In this document: positions 28,332-45,204 of the stretch, piece after piece
How positions within the stretch are numbered: position 1 is the stretch's first letter
How the letters are laid out: each line of letters begins with the position of its first letter
The notes under the pieces: generated by a model
The model's input: the letters and a program-made list of their open reading frames with translations, nothing else
What the model was told of the DNA's origin: nothing
The model's database searches: none
DNA from: the human T2T-CHM13v2.0 reference genome, Homo sapiens
DNA: 64,000 nt
Assembly: GCF_009914755.1 (NCBI RefSeq)
Contig: NC_060929.1
Reading direction: 5' to 3' (one strand)
Translations under genes and position numbers: made by a program

Positions 28332-28663
28332 CAATCATCCCTTGGTATCCATAGGAGACTGGTTCCAGGACCCCATGAAGATACCAAAATGTGCCAATGT
28401 TCCAGTTCCTTATATAAAATGACATAATATTTGCATTTAACCTATGCACATCTTTCCATATACTTTGTTATCTCTAGATTACCTATAACTTAATACAATA
28501 CAAGTGCCAGGAAAATAGTTGTTGTACTGCATTGTTTTTTATTTGTACTATTTTCATTGGTATATTGTTATTATTATTATTGGGTTTTTGTTTTTCAGAT
28601 TTTTTTATCCACTGTTGGTTGAGTCTGCAGATGTGAAAACCCACAAATATAGAGGGTTGACTG
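28332..28663 (+). mobile_element. MER2 (TcMar-Tigger) inside the L1MC1
   Basis: caatcatcccttggtatcc...agagggttgactg termini with TA target duplication on both sides. Confidence 0.85.
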
Positions 28664-30751
28664 TACTAACAATGGACAAGTGGAAATTGAAATTTAAAAC
28701 ACATTACCATTTATGTTAGCATCCCCAAAAAAATAAATCCTTAGGAATAAATCTAACAAAATATGTACAAGATCTATAAGAGGAAAACTACAAAACTCTG
28801 ACAACACAATATTGAAAGAGAAAGACAAACTTGAAGGATTGACACTTTCCCACTTCAAGACTTACTATATAGCTACACTAATCAATACAGTGTGGCCAAA
28901 AATAGGCAAACAGATCAATAGAACAGAACAGAGAGCCCAAAAACAGACACACACAAATATAGTCAACTGGTCTTTGACTATATAGGAGCAAAGACAATAC
29001 GATGAAGCGAAGGCAATACAATGGAGCAAAGAAAGTCTTTTCAACAAATGTTTCTGGAACAACTGGGAATCGATGTGCAAAAAAAAAAAAAAGAATCTAG
29101 ACACAAACTTTACACCCATCACAAAAATTAACCCAAAATGGATCATAGACCTAAGTGTAAAACACAAAGCTATAAAACTCCTAGAAGATAATATAAGACC
29201 TTGGGTAAGGCAATGACTTTTTAGCTAGAACACCAAAGCCACGATCCATGAAAAAAAGAGTTGATAAGCTGGACTACATTAGAACTTAAAATTTCTGTTC
29301 TGTGAAAGACAATGGGAAGTGAATAAGAAGAAAAGCTGCAGACTTGGAGAAAATATTTGCAAAAGATATATGTAATAAAGGACTGTTATCTAACATAGTC
29401 ATAGAACTCTTAAAACTCAACAATAAGAAACAACTGGATTGAAAAAGACCTGAAGGGCAAAAGACCTGAAGGAACACCTCACTAAAGAAGATATACAGAT
29501 GACAAGTAAGTATATGAAAAGGTGTTCAATATCATGTGTCATTAGGGAATTGCAAATTAAAGCAATAATGAGATACCATTACACATCTATTAGAATGGCC
29601 AAAATCGAAAACACTGACACCACCAAATGCTAGTGAAGGTGTGGAGAAACAGGAACTCTCATTCATTGATAGTGGGAATGCAAAATGCCACTTCAAAAGA
29701 CAGTTTGGTAGTGTCTCACAAAACTAAACATAGTCTTACTATATGATGCAGCAAGCATGTCCCTTGGTATTTGCCTAATGAATTGAAAACTTATGTTCAC
29801 ACAAAAACTTGCACACAAATGTTTATAGCATCTTTATTCATAATTGACAACATTTGGAAGCAACCGTGACTCCTTCAATAGGTGAATAGATAGATAAACT
29901 GTGGCACATCCAAACAATGAAATATTATTCAGCATTAAACAGAAATGAGCTATCAAAACATAAAAAGACATGGAAGAAACTTAAATGGATATTACTAAGT
30001 GAAAGAAGCAAATCTGAAAAGGCTACATACTGTATGATTCCAACTATATGATGTTCTGGAAAGACATATCTGTGAAGACTATAAAAAGACCAGTGGTTGC
30101 CAGGGTTTAGTGGGAAGAGAGGGAAGAGTACAGGCAGAGCACAAAGATTTTAGGGCAGTGAAACTTCTGTATGATACTTCAGTGATGGATACACACCATT
30201 ATACATTTGTCCAAACCTGTAGAATGTACATCAAGGGTGAAGACTCATGTAAACTATGGACTTTGTGTGATAATGGTGTATCAATGTAAGTACATCAATT
30301 TTAACAAATGTACCACCCAGGTGCAGGATGTCCATAGCAGAGGAGGTTGTACATGTGTGGGGGTATGGGGCATATGGGAACTCCTTAAACTTTCCACCCA
30401 ATTTTTCTGTAAACTTAAAACTGGTCTGAAACAATAAAAATAAATAGTTTTTTAAATTAAAAAAATACTAGTTTTAAAAATAAATTCATGATAGAGCAAT
30501 GTATATGCTTCTTTATTAACATGATAATCACAAGTCTAATAACAAAAATTTCAGTGTACTAATGACTATCAACAGTATTTTAAGATATTTGTAACAAATG
30601 TAATATTGTATAAACTTGTCTGTGATTTCTATTGGTGATAAAGTCACAAGTAAAGCTAATACTACTGTGATTGTTGCTTATATTTATAATAAAAGGAAAT
30701 GCTACATTTTGGCTAGAGGTTAATAAAAATAAAGATATAGGCTATTACCTC

Positions 30752-31656
30752 GGGGAGGAGCCAAGATGGCCGAATAGGAACAGCTCCGGTCTACAGCTCC
30801 CAGCGTGAGCGACGCAGAAGACGGTGATTTCTGCATTTCCATCTGAGGTACCGGGTTCATCTCACTAGGGAGTGCGAGACAGTGGGCACAGGTCAGTGGG
30901 TGCGCGCACCGTGTACGAGCCGAAGCAGGGCGAGGCATTGCCTCACTTGGGAAGTGCAAGGGGTCAGGGAGTTCCCTTTCCGAGTCAAAGAAAGGGGTGA
31001 GGGACGGCACCTGGAAAATCGGGTCACTCCCACCCGAATACTGCGCTTTTCCGACGGGCTTAAAAAACGGCACATCATGAGATTATATCCCACACCTGGC
31101 TCGGAGGGTCCTATGCCCACGGAGTCTCGCTGATTGCTAGCACAGCAGTCTGAGATCAAACTGCAAGGCGGCAGCGAGGCTGGGGGAGGGGCGCCCGCCA
31201 TTGCCCAGGCTTGATTAGGTAAACAAAGCAGCCGGGAAGCTCGAACTAGGTGGAGCCCACCACAGCTCAAGGAGGCCTGCCTGCTTCTGTAGGCTCCACC
31301 TCTGGGGGCAGGGCACAGACAAACAAAAAGACAGCAGTAACCTCTGCAGACTTAAATGTCCCTGTCTGACAGCTTTGAAGAGAGCAGTGGTTCTCCCAGC
31401 ACGCAGCTGGAGATCTGAGAACGGGCAGACTGCCTCCTCAAGTGGGTCCCTGACCCCTGACTCCCGAGCAGCCTAACTGGGAGGCACCCCCCAGCAGGGG
31501 CACACTGACACCTCACACGGCAGGGTATTCCAACAGACCTGCAGCTAAGGGTCCTGTCTGTTAGAAGGAAAACTAACAAACAGAAAGGACCTCCACACCA
31601 AAAACCCATCTGTACATCACCATCATCAAAGACCAAAAGTAGATAAAACCACAAAG
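30752..31656 (+). promoter_or_regulatory. L1 5' UTR internal sense and antisense promoter, CpG-rich
   Basis: YY1 site caagatggcc at the 5' end, SOX-type aaacaaa motifs near 31221 and 31321, many retained CpGs. Confidence 0.8.
30893..31201 (-). CDS. L1 ORF0 (antisense), 102-aa extended form
   Basis: ATG at 31201 gives MAGAPPPASLPPCSLISDCCASNQRDSVG..., the known ORF0 N-terminus, open to the stop at 30893. Confidence 0.6.
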   Translation of the reverse strand: MAGAPPPASLPPCSLISDCCASNQRDSVGIGPSEPGVGYNLMMCRFLSPSEKRSIRVGVTRFSRCRPSPLSLTRKGNSLTPCTSQVRQCLALLRLVHGARTH

Positions 31657-32673
31657 ATGGGGAAAAAACAGAACAGAAAAACTGGAAACTCTAAACAGCA
31701 GAGCGCCTCTCCTCCTCCAAAGGAACGCAGTTCCTCACCAGCAACAGAACAAAGCTGGATGGAGAATGACTTTGATGAGCTGAGAGAAGAAGGCTTCAGA
31801 CGATCAAATTACTCTGAGCTACAGGAGGACATTCAAACCAAAGGCAAAGAAGTTGAAAACGTTGAAAAAAATTTAGAGGAATGTATAACTAGAATAACCA
31901 ATACAGAGAAGTGCTTAAAGGAGCTGATGGAGCTGAAAACCAAGGCTCGAGAACTACATGAAGAATGCAGAAGCCTCAGGAGCCGATGCGATCAACTGGA
32001 AGAAAGGGTATCAGCAATGGAAGATGAAATGAATGAAATGAAGCAAGAAGGGAAGTTTAGAGAAAAAAGAATAAAAGGAAACGAACGAAGCCTCCAAGAA
32101 ATATGGGACTATATGAAAAGACTAAATCTACGTCTGATTGGTGTACCTGAAAGTGATGGGGAGAATGGAACCAAGTTGGAAAACACTCTGCAGGATATTA
32201 TCCAGGAGAACTTCCCCAATCTAGCAAGGCAGGCCAACGTTCAGATTCAGGAAATACAGAGAACGCCACAAAGATACTCCTCGAGAAGAGCAACTCCAAG
32301 ACACATAATTGTCAGATTCACCAAAGTTGAAATGAAGGAAAAAATGTTAAGGGCAGCCAGAGAGAAAGGTCGGGTTACCCTCAAAGGGAAGCCCATCAGA
32401 CTAACAGCGGATCTCTTGGCAGAAACCCTACAAGCCAGAAGAGAGTGGGGGCCAATATTCAACATTCTTAAAGAAAAGAATTTTCAACGCAGAATTTCAT
32501 ATCCAGCCAAACTAAGCTTCATAAGTAAAGGAGAAATAAAATACTTTACAGACAAGCAAATGCTGAGAGATTTTGTCACCACCAGGCCTGCCTTAAAAGA
32601 GCTCCTGAAGGAAGTGCTAAACATGGAAAGGAACAACCGGTACCAGCCGCTGCAAAATCATGCCAAAATGTAA
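31657..32673 (+). CDS. LINE-1 ORF1p (RNA-binding chaperone), intact 338 aa
   Basis: MGKKQNRKTGNSK start, coiled coil, RRM, and conserved REKG, ARR and YPAKLS motifs. Canonical length. Confidence 0.95.
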   Translation: MGKKQNRKTGNSKQQSASPPPKERSSSPATEQSWMENDFDELREEGFRRSNYSELQEDIQTKGKEVENVEKNLEECITRITNTEKCLKELMELKTKARELHEECRSLRSRCDQLEERVSAMEDEMNEMKQEGKFREKRIKGNERSLQEIWDYMKRLNLRLIGVPESDGENGTKLENTLQDIIQENFPNLARQANVQIQEIQRTPQRYSSRRATPRHIIVRFTKVEMKEKMLRAAREKGRVTLKGKPIRLTADLLAETLQARREWGPIFNILKEKNFQRRISYPAKLSFISKGEIKYFTDKQMLRDFVTTRPALKELLKEVLNMERNNRYQPLQNHAKM

Positions 32674-32721
32674 AGACCATCAAGACTAGGAAGAAACTGC
32701 ATCAACTAATGAGCAAAATAA

Positions 32722-36670
<3,949 letters not shown>

Positions 36671-37082
36671 TGACGAGTTACTGGGTGCAGCACACCAACA
36701 TGGCACATGTATACATATGTAACTAACCTGCAGAATATGCAAATGTACACTAAAACTTAAAGTATAATAAAAATAAATAAATTAAAAATAAAAATAAAGA
36801 TATAAACTTTATTTCATTTAAGTTCAGGGTCCCTGAATTTTATTCATAAACTCCTTGATGGATGGGGAGTCTGTGGATTCCTCACTTAGATTATTCTAAA
36901 CAAATTGGATTGATTTTGTTGTAAAGAAAAACTGCAGCAATTAGGAAGGGAACCGTGGAACCATCTGAGAACGCACTGCAGTAGTTAATTGTTACTGATA
37001 ATCTAACTACCAACTAGTCTTTGTTGCTGAAAAAAATTTGCTTTCTGAGTCATCTTTGTTGAACTTTGGTTTTTTTAGCACC

Positions 37083-37442
37083 TGCTACAGGCTGAATGTG
37101 TCCCCTTCAAAATTCATATGTTAAAACCTAATCTGCAATGTGAACATATTTGGAGGTGGGGCCTGTAATTAGGTTATGAGGGCAGAGCCCTAGTGAATGG
37201 GATTAGTGCCTCTTTATAAAAGACTCCAAGGGGCTCTCTTGCTCCTTTTGCCCCTTCCACCATATGAAATGACAATGAGAAGATGGCAGTGTATGGACAA
37301 GGAAATTGATCCTCACCCGATAATGAATCTGCAATTAATCTTAGACTCTCCAGCCTCCAACATGCTGAGAAATAAATTTCTGTTGTTTATAAGCCACCTT
37401 GTCTATGGCATTTTGTTATAGCAGCCCAAATGGACTAAGGCT
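37083..37442 (+). mobile_element. MLT1A0-like MaLR solo LTR
   Basis: tgctacaggctgaatgtgtcccc...aataaatttctgttgtttataagccac...ggactaag. Confidence 0.85.
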
Positions 37443-37769
37443 GCCTCCTTGATGTTTAGGCTATTAGATGGCTTCTCTTGGGCTCTTACTGTTCTGCCAT
37501 TATTAATCCCTTCCCTGTCCAGTCCGTTGGACCACATGCAGATTCAGCCCAAATCAAGTCCTGATTCAAAGGTATCAAGGCTCAGTGATGTGCTATGAGC
37601 TTTTCCCTCAACCTGGTTTGCTGGCCATCTGCTCAGGCTCCTAGTTTCTAATTGTCACTGTTCTTTTCTATGGCATTGGAGTCTAGATTCTAGCCTTAAG
37701 CATCAATTTATTCTGCCTGTTCTCTTCACTGTAAGAAAAGCATGTCTTACTCTCCATTGCTCCTCCAGC

Positions 37770-37965
37770 ATGGGTACCAGATTGAAGAACACTTGAATCC
37801 AACCTGAGCATGGAGCTTAGCCAAGCCCAACCAAGTAGAGACAAGATCAGCTAAATCACAACTGACATGTAGACCCATGAGCATGAGCAAATGTGTGTTG
37901 TGTAAGCCTCTGAGATTTGGTAGTTCTTTGACACACAGCATTTGGTGGCAAAACCTGCCTAATGT
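37770..37965 (+). mobile_element. Old MLT1 (I/J-type) LTR 3' part
   Basis: agacccatgagc...tgtaagcctctgagatttgg...cacagcatt. Confidence 0.55.
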
Positions 37966-38256
37966 GAACTATTTACCTCTAAACTCTGTAGGGCATTGAA
38001 TAAAAGAAACATGCTGAATTGGAAAGAGCCATTTTTTGTTGTGTTTTGCATTATAGCAGACTGCAACTCTGAAAACAGGTCGATGTCCAGGGTTTCAGTG
38101 GCAGATAGCAGCACCTCAAAAATGGTTGCTGACATGGTGGTTCTTGTCTGCATGACAGAGTGAGACAGATACGACTGTTCTCGGCAGAGATGACGGCAGT
38201 GCCTAATAGCATCCCAAGTACCAGCACCAGCAGCACAATGTCCACTGACAGGGCAG

Positions 38257-38632
38257 TGTGCTATGAATTACGGACCCCAGAAGTTTACATGTTGAAGCCT
38301 TAACTCTAAGTGTGACTGTATTTGGAGATGGGGCCAGTGGGAAGTAATTAGGGTTAGATAAATTCATGAGCATAGTGTCCTCATGATGAGATCAATGCTT
38401 TATAAGAAGAAGGAGAGGGAAAGACAGAGATAAGTCTCTTTCTCTACCATGTGAGGACACAGTGAGAAGGCAGCCATCTACCACACAGCAAGAGAGCCCT
38501 CACCAAAAACTGAATGCTGATGGACTTTAATCTTGGACTTCCCAGGGCTCCATAACTGTGAGAAATAAATGTCTTCTGTTAACATACTCACCTATGCTAT
38601 AGCATTATAGCATAGCAGCCCAAGCTAAGACA
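38257..38632 (+). mobile_element. MLT1A/B-like MaLR solo LTR
   Basis: gtgactgtatttggagatgggg...ccatgtgaggacacagtgagaaggc...gctaagaca. Confidence 0.8.
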
Positions 38633-38824
38633 AGGTGCCTTGTGTAGCAAAAAGAGGATAGAAGACAAAGAAGAGGAAAGCACATCATAGAAGACCAGGC
38701 AACCTTTGTACCTGTGGAGTTAAGATGGTGTCCAGAACACTGAAAAATACTTTGCAGTATTTCTGTGCAGGAAACTCAGATTCTACATCCTAACAGGAGG
38801 GTCAAGACCCAGTAAAACAGAAGT

Positions 38825-39065
38825 TAATAACAGCAACAGCAACAGTAGGTAACACAAATTTCTCACTCTGTGCCAAGCACTAGTCTAACAGCTTTTTGTG
38901 TGACAATTCATTTAATACTTTTGGAAGATACTATTATCTTCCCCTATTTAATAGATAAGGAAATCAAGGCACAAGATAGTTGAGAAATTTACCTGAATAT
39001 GCATAGCTGTACTGGAATTTGAATCTAGACTGGTTGATTCTAGAGTACTTTTAATCTTGGTGCTC
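38825..39065 (-). mobile_element. MIR
   Basis: ctgtgccaagcac...atagataaggaaatcaaggcaca...ggaatttgaatctag. Confidence 0.65.
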
Positions 39066-39224
39066 ATCTATGTCTCTGGATCACTAAAAATGTCCTGGGT
39101 AATTAGTCCTGGCAGCCGGGTGGCCCCCACCTCTGGCTGCCCACTGGTTGTCTTAAAGTTGCAATTCCTTGAAAACCTTTCTGCCTCTTTCCCTTAAGTA
39201 TCCTGTAGAGGTGATTCTTCTTCT

Positions 39225-39555
39225 TCTTTTTTTTTAACTTTTATTTTAAGTTCAGGGTACAAGTACAAGTGCAGGTTTGTTACACAGGTAAATTTGTGTC
39301 ACGTGGGTGGCAAGGTGGGGGGTGTTTTACAGATTAGTTCATCACCAAAGTATTACCCCTAGTACCCATTAGTTATTTTTCCTGATTCTCCTCCTCCTCC
39401 CACCCCTACCCTCCAAAAGGCCCCAGTGTGTGTTTTTCCCCTCTATGTGTCCACGGGTTCTCATCATTTAGCTCCCACTGATAAGTGAGAACATGCGGTA
39501 TTTGGTTTTCTGTTCCCGTGTTAGTTTGCGAAGGATAGTGTCCTCCAGCTCCATT
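39225..39555 (-). mobile_element. Short 3' end of an L1PA13-like element
   Basis: ttttattttaagttcaggg...catttagctcccac...gagaacatgcggtatttgg reverse-strand 3' UTR. Confidence 0.85.
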
Positions 39556-39637
39556 CTTATTTCAGCTGCCAAGAGTCAAACTTCACATACATCCTCATTT
39601 GGAACTTAAGTCATCAGAAACATCTCACCTTTCCTAA

Positions 39638-40183
39638 TGTTGGGGCTCAGAAAATGATATCCCCAAAATGTTGCTTTGGACTTCAAACTGAGAACACCTT
39701 GGAAGCAGCAAATGCAGAACTCTGATGTTCCCTTATCTGCCTAAGGAAAGTTCCTCCAGAAGAAATGCAGTTGTCATGATACCCCTTCCTATAATCTCAT
39801 CAAACAGGGATGATTAACTCACGGGAAAGGAGACTAAAGGGAAGGTTCATACCACCTATTCTTTTGAGGACTCCTATCTAACAGACTTTATCTGAATAAC
39901 AAGACAAACTTTGTTTACCATGTTTTGCTTTCCCTCAACCTCCTATAACTTGTCACCACCTCCTCTGAGAAACCTCAACCCCTATTTATTTCTGTAGCTC
40001 AGGATACTATAAAAATTTCAACCATCTGGCCCTCCTTTGAGTTTTATTTTGCAAGACTCCTGAGTATGCATGTCATCAATTTACACACCTTTTCTCCTGT
40101 TAATCTGCCAACTGCTAGTTTATTCCAGAGACTTAAATTATCAAACCTTCAGAAGATAGAAGGAAAATTCCCCGATTCCTACA
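39638..40183 (+). mobile_element. MER39/MER34-group ERV1 solo LTR
   Basis: tgttggggctcagaaaatgatatccccaaaat...ttcctaca with a perfect 4-bp TSD CTAA. Confidence 0.75.
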
Positions 40184-40254
40184 CTAACATAAGTTTCTAA
40201 TAAAACAGTTTCATGTGCTTGAACTACCTTTAGGAAAATTGGAGTCCCATCTAA

Positions 40255-40470
40255 TTTTCATTTATTCATTCATTCAACAAATATTATTGGGTACCTACTA
40301 TATAGCAGGCATAATTCTAGGCAGACAGATTGTAGAAGCAATAAAATAGAGGTCCTGCTCTCATAGACTCACATTCTAGCTGGGGAACAGGGGAGAGATA
40401 TACAGTAAACAAATATATGTCAGGAGAAGATATAAATCAAGGAGAAAAATAAAGGAAAGTGTATTTATGA
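40255..40470 (-). mobile_element. L2 3' end
   Basis: ttcattcattcaacaaatattattgggtacctactat motif. Confidence 0.75.
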
Positions 40471-40672
40471 CCAGAGAAAATAGCAGGTGGTTTCCCAGAT
40501 AATAAAAATCCCATAGTTCTATAATTAAACTGTGTCACAACATCACATATATTCAGGTATTTCTCAGGTCAAATCATGACCATTACAAAAGCTTACATAT
40601 ACGAAAATTCTAGTAGACCATGCTACCTCATAAGGAGATGTTATCCTTATGAGTATGAAGACATTAAAGTAA

Positions 40673-41388
40673 CGTTAGCAGTGGTGAATCCATATGGGTC
40701 TGCACCATCTTGATTCTTGCCTCCTTGAAGGAAAGGGGCATAAGGCAGAGTGAGAGACTGAGGCAAGTTTTTAAGCAGGGGTGAGTTTATTAAAAAGTTT
40801 TAGAGCAGGAATGAAAGGAAGTAAAGTACACTGGGAAGAGGGTAACTTGAGAGCTGGTGACTTGAGAGATCCAAGTGTGCTGTTTGACCTTTGACTTGGA
40901 ATTTTGTATGTTGGCATACTTCTGGGATTTTGTGTCTCTCCTCCCTTGATTTTCTCCCTTAGGGGGAGCTGTCTGCATGCACAGTAGCATCCCAGCACTT
41001 GGGAGGGGCTACATGCGCAGTGTGTTTACTGAAATTGTGTACATGCTCATTTAAGACATTTTTCCCTTACCAGTCAAGCATTCCTAGAGGAAGGTCACAG
41101 ACCAGTTAAACACCATTATTTTGCCCCTTAGTGTGCATGCTTGAGCCCACTTGCCCAACTCCTGAGATCCTAGTGGGAAGCTGCTGATCACCAGCTTCAG
41201 GTGTTTTCTATGCACTGGGAGACTGCCTTTCCCTGGCGCCAGCTATGACCAATTATTATTTTAGAGAGACAGTTTAACAACCACCTGAACATCACCTGAT
41301 GTTTGCCTGACATTCCTGAGGTTGGGCGGGATGTGGGGTGGGAGGCTCTCCTGCCATGCTCACGTCAGTCTAGCTATCCATTCTAATA
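40673..41388 (-). mobile_element. MER50-like ERV1 solo LTR
   Basis: Reverse strand of caggaatgtcagg..catcaggtgat..gttgttaaactgtctctctaaaataataattgg. ~715 bp, TSD gtaa/ataa. Confidence 0.75.
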
Positions 41389-41734
41389 ATAATAATTGCA
41401 TGTATGTGCATTTTTTCCAAGATCTTATTATATACAAAATTTATATTCATTAAAAGCCTAGCCCCTTCTTTTTTGACTCCACAGTGACCTTGATATTAAA
41501 AAATATTGTTTGAAAAGTCCAGTGGCTAAATACTCAGAGAGGAGAAACAAACTTTAAAAATTCTGAAATAATATGAAAACTTGAACTGAAGTTATTTTTC
41601 AAGTAGAAATATTCCTTAAAAGGAAGTCCTACAACAAAATCTCTACACAAATGTGTTTTTTAAAGGAGTCTCTGATTTCTGTGTCCATAAGGCTGGAGAT
41701 TTGTGTGTGCTTCCAGTACCCCCACTGAATTTCT

Positions 41735-42630
<896 letters not shown>

Positions 42631-43420
42631 CCCACTTATCCTGTGCCATGGCAAATGTCTCTAAACAGTTTCAGTTTCTGTTGTTAGGACTGTTTCTACT
42701 GGATTCACCCAACTGAACAGCTTATCACAGTATTGAAAACAGTGTTGTTCTCTTCCTATTACTTTGACTTTGTCTTTTCTGTGGTGCTGTTGTTCTTTCC
42801 TTGTGCTGGTACCGTATCCATTAATTAGTGACAGACACTTTCTTGGGGTCATTTTGTGCTCTGCATTACTGGGTGCATTGTTTGTTGTGTTAGCTGAGGA
42901 TGCCTGATATCTTGTTAGCCTGGTCCTACCATTCTTTCAGCAATCTTTGCCTGTATCTACAGTTCTCCCATTTTAACCAAAGTGTAATAAATCAAAGCAG
43001 TCAAACTAACAGTGGAATTCATTTTATTCCTCACATAACTTACTGTTTTAAGTATAAAATTAGCTGTTGTTTTGTTACTTGGTAGATTGCAGCATCAGCA
43101 AGTTGAAGAACATTGGCAGCCTCACAATCATTATTGGAATCTGGTAGTCATTTTTGCTACAATGTGTGGCTTACTTCTCAATCATAGTAAAATATGAAAA
43201 TATCAGGATCTCTTAGAAAACTTTAGTCATGATGCATGACCTGAACTCTGTGAAAATTAACTCTTCTTTCCAAACAGGGTGACCAACCTCTGCAAGCTAC
43301 AAAACTCCGCTTAAGATTCTCTTGTACAAGGATCTCCAGCTGCAAAGAGGAAGGTCACTGGGCAGGATGGAAGCAGATTTCAGTCCAGTAGAAAAGAATG
43401 CCTGGGAGTTAGGCTGGGAG

Positions 43421-43464
43421 TTAGTTAGGGTTAGGGTTGGCGTTAGGGTTAGGGTTAGGGTTAG
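43421..43464 (+). repeat. Short interstitial telomeric repeat (TTAGGG)n
   Basis: ttag ttaggg ttaggg ttggcg ttaggg ttaggg ttaggg ttag. Confidence 0.9.
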
Positions 43465-43676
43465 CAAATTAAACCTGGAGGGATAAAAATGAAAATTTGC
43501 AAATGAAAGAAAGCTTTGAATACAAAGTCCCACCAAAACAGTTTGAAGATAGTGAATGCAGCCTGATTCTGGAGGAAGTTGGAGAGAAGGTCTCTAAGAG
43601 CTCAAATAAAGGAACAAATTGAGGGGTATGTGCTTCCATTCAAAGGAAATGAGGAGCAATTTTAAAAGCAGAGCAG

Positions 43677-43993
43677 GGCCAGGTGCAGTGGCTCGCACCT
43701 GTAATCCCAGCACTTTAGGAGGCTGAGGCAGGAGGATCGCTTGAGGCCAGGAGTTCAATATTAGCCTGGATGACAAGTGAGACCCCATGTCTACAAAAAA
43801 AATTTTTAAATATATAGCTAAGCATGGTGGCTCATGTCTGTAATTCCAGCTATTCAAGACGCTGAGATGGGAGGATTGCTTGACGCCTGGAAGTAGAGGC
43901 TGCAGTGAGTGTGATCATGCCATTGCACTCCAGAGCCTGGTGACAGAGCAAGATCTTATCTCAAAAAACTTTTTAATTAAAAAAATAAAAAAA
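43677..43993 (+). mobile_element. AluJ
   Basis: ggaggatcgcttgaggccaggagttc and gaggctgcagtgag J diagnostics, flanked by agagcag on both sides. Confidence 0.85.
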
Positions 43994-44309
43994 GAGCAGT
44001 CAAGCATGTGGCTACAAAAATCATTTAAAATAGAGATAATTTTTAAAGTGAGTAGCATTCATCTAGAAATTACTTTTTAAAGTTACATTATACCAAAATG
44101 TGTGTATAAGGATTTCTTTCCAGCTTTGATTATACGTTTACAAAATTGGAAACCCTCTAAATAGTAAACAAGGAAAACATCCTATTCTCCCTGTCAGCAT
44201 ATCAGGCAGCTCTCACATAGTAATGTCTAGATCTACCTATATTGTAATGAAAAGGTGTTTGTGACCCATTACCAAATCAGAAAGAAATCAGAATGAATAA
44301 TATTTTACA

Positions 44310-44530
44310 AAATGTCCTGAGTGCCTACTATGTGCTGGTTACTGGGCTTTTCTCATTGTAACCCCTATAGCAAGCCTCTGGGGTGTACATGGTATCGGTA
44401 CCTAATTTTGCATAAGGAAACTGAGCCTAGAAGTGATTAAATACTTTGTATAAAGTCAAAGACCCAGTAAGAAGGAAGCAAAGCTATGGTTTGAACAGGG
44501 GTCTGTCTGACTCATGCCCTAAACCACTGT
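44310..44530 (-). mobile_element. MIR
   Basis: gagtgcctactatgtgc...taaggaaactgag...tttgaacagg. Confidence 0.65.
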
Positions 44531-44591
44531 ACAGAAAAATAGACAGAATATAATTTTTTAAGAAAAAAATTCAAAATACGTAATCAAAGTA

Positions 44592-45035
44592 AACTGCTTC
44601 ATCTACTCTAAGATGCACCTTTTTTACAATCTGGCTGCATCTTAAAACCAAGTGTGTCGTACAATTGTTGACAGTCTGGAGTAAAGACATTGAATTCTTC
44701 CAAAGATTTGGAATTGCTCCTGGGAGTTTTTTAATTAAATTAAATTATCTTTAACACTTTTGGACCACATAGGAGCTGTAAATTCAGACCACAAACCTGC
44801 ATATAAGTACCAGCTTGTGATACAAATTCTCAAGGGATAGCCTTTTTCTTCTTCTGCCAGTACTAAGTTAAGCATAAAAGTTTCCTTCTGTTCCTTTCTG
44901 TATTGTGTGTGGATCTTTTGTGTCCCAGATTTATTGGGGAGGAGCTCCAATTGGATTCCCCATGTTGATTGTTTTTATCTCTCTTAGTGGTATATCTTAT
45001 AATCAATGACTTTTTAAATTATATAAAATTAGATA
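44592..45035. mobile_element. Possible Tc2/Kanga-type DNA transposon remnant
   Basis: ttcatctactctaagatgcacc start and tcttataatcaatg end resemble MER104/Kanga termini. Weak match. Confidence 0.35.
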
Positions 45036-45204
45036 CATCAGAATGTGAACAGTGGTTTATCTGAGTTGTTTTTCTTTTTGCTTATTTTGTTTCCAAAGTT
45101 TTCTGCACAAAGACACATACATTTCTATTTTTTAAAGGTAATTTTTTAAAAATTGAATAAGCCAGTAGATTGTAACTTTGAAACAACCAACTGATGTAGC
45201 TGGA

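Noticed and set aside
28984-29472. Short tandem duplications in L1MC1 (ggagcaaag..caatac units; aaaagacctgaagg x2)
   Set aside because: Ordinary slippage within a decayed repeat.
38051-38245. 64-aa ORF resembling a signal peptide plus Cys-rich peptide
   Set aside because: Starts at GTG, lies between two LTRs with no promoter or splice support, and the Cys spacing matches no family I know.
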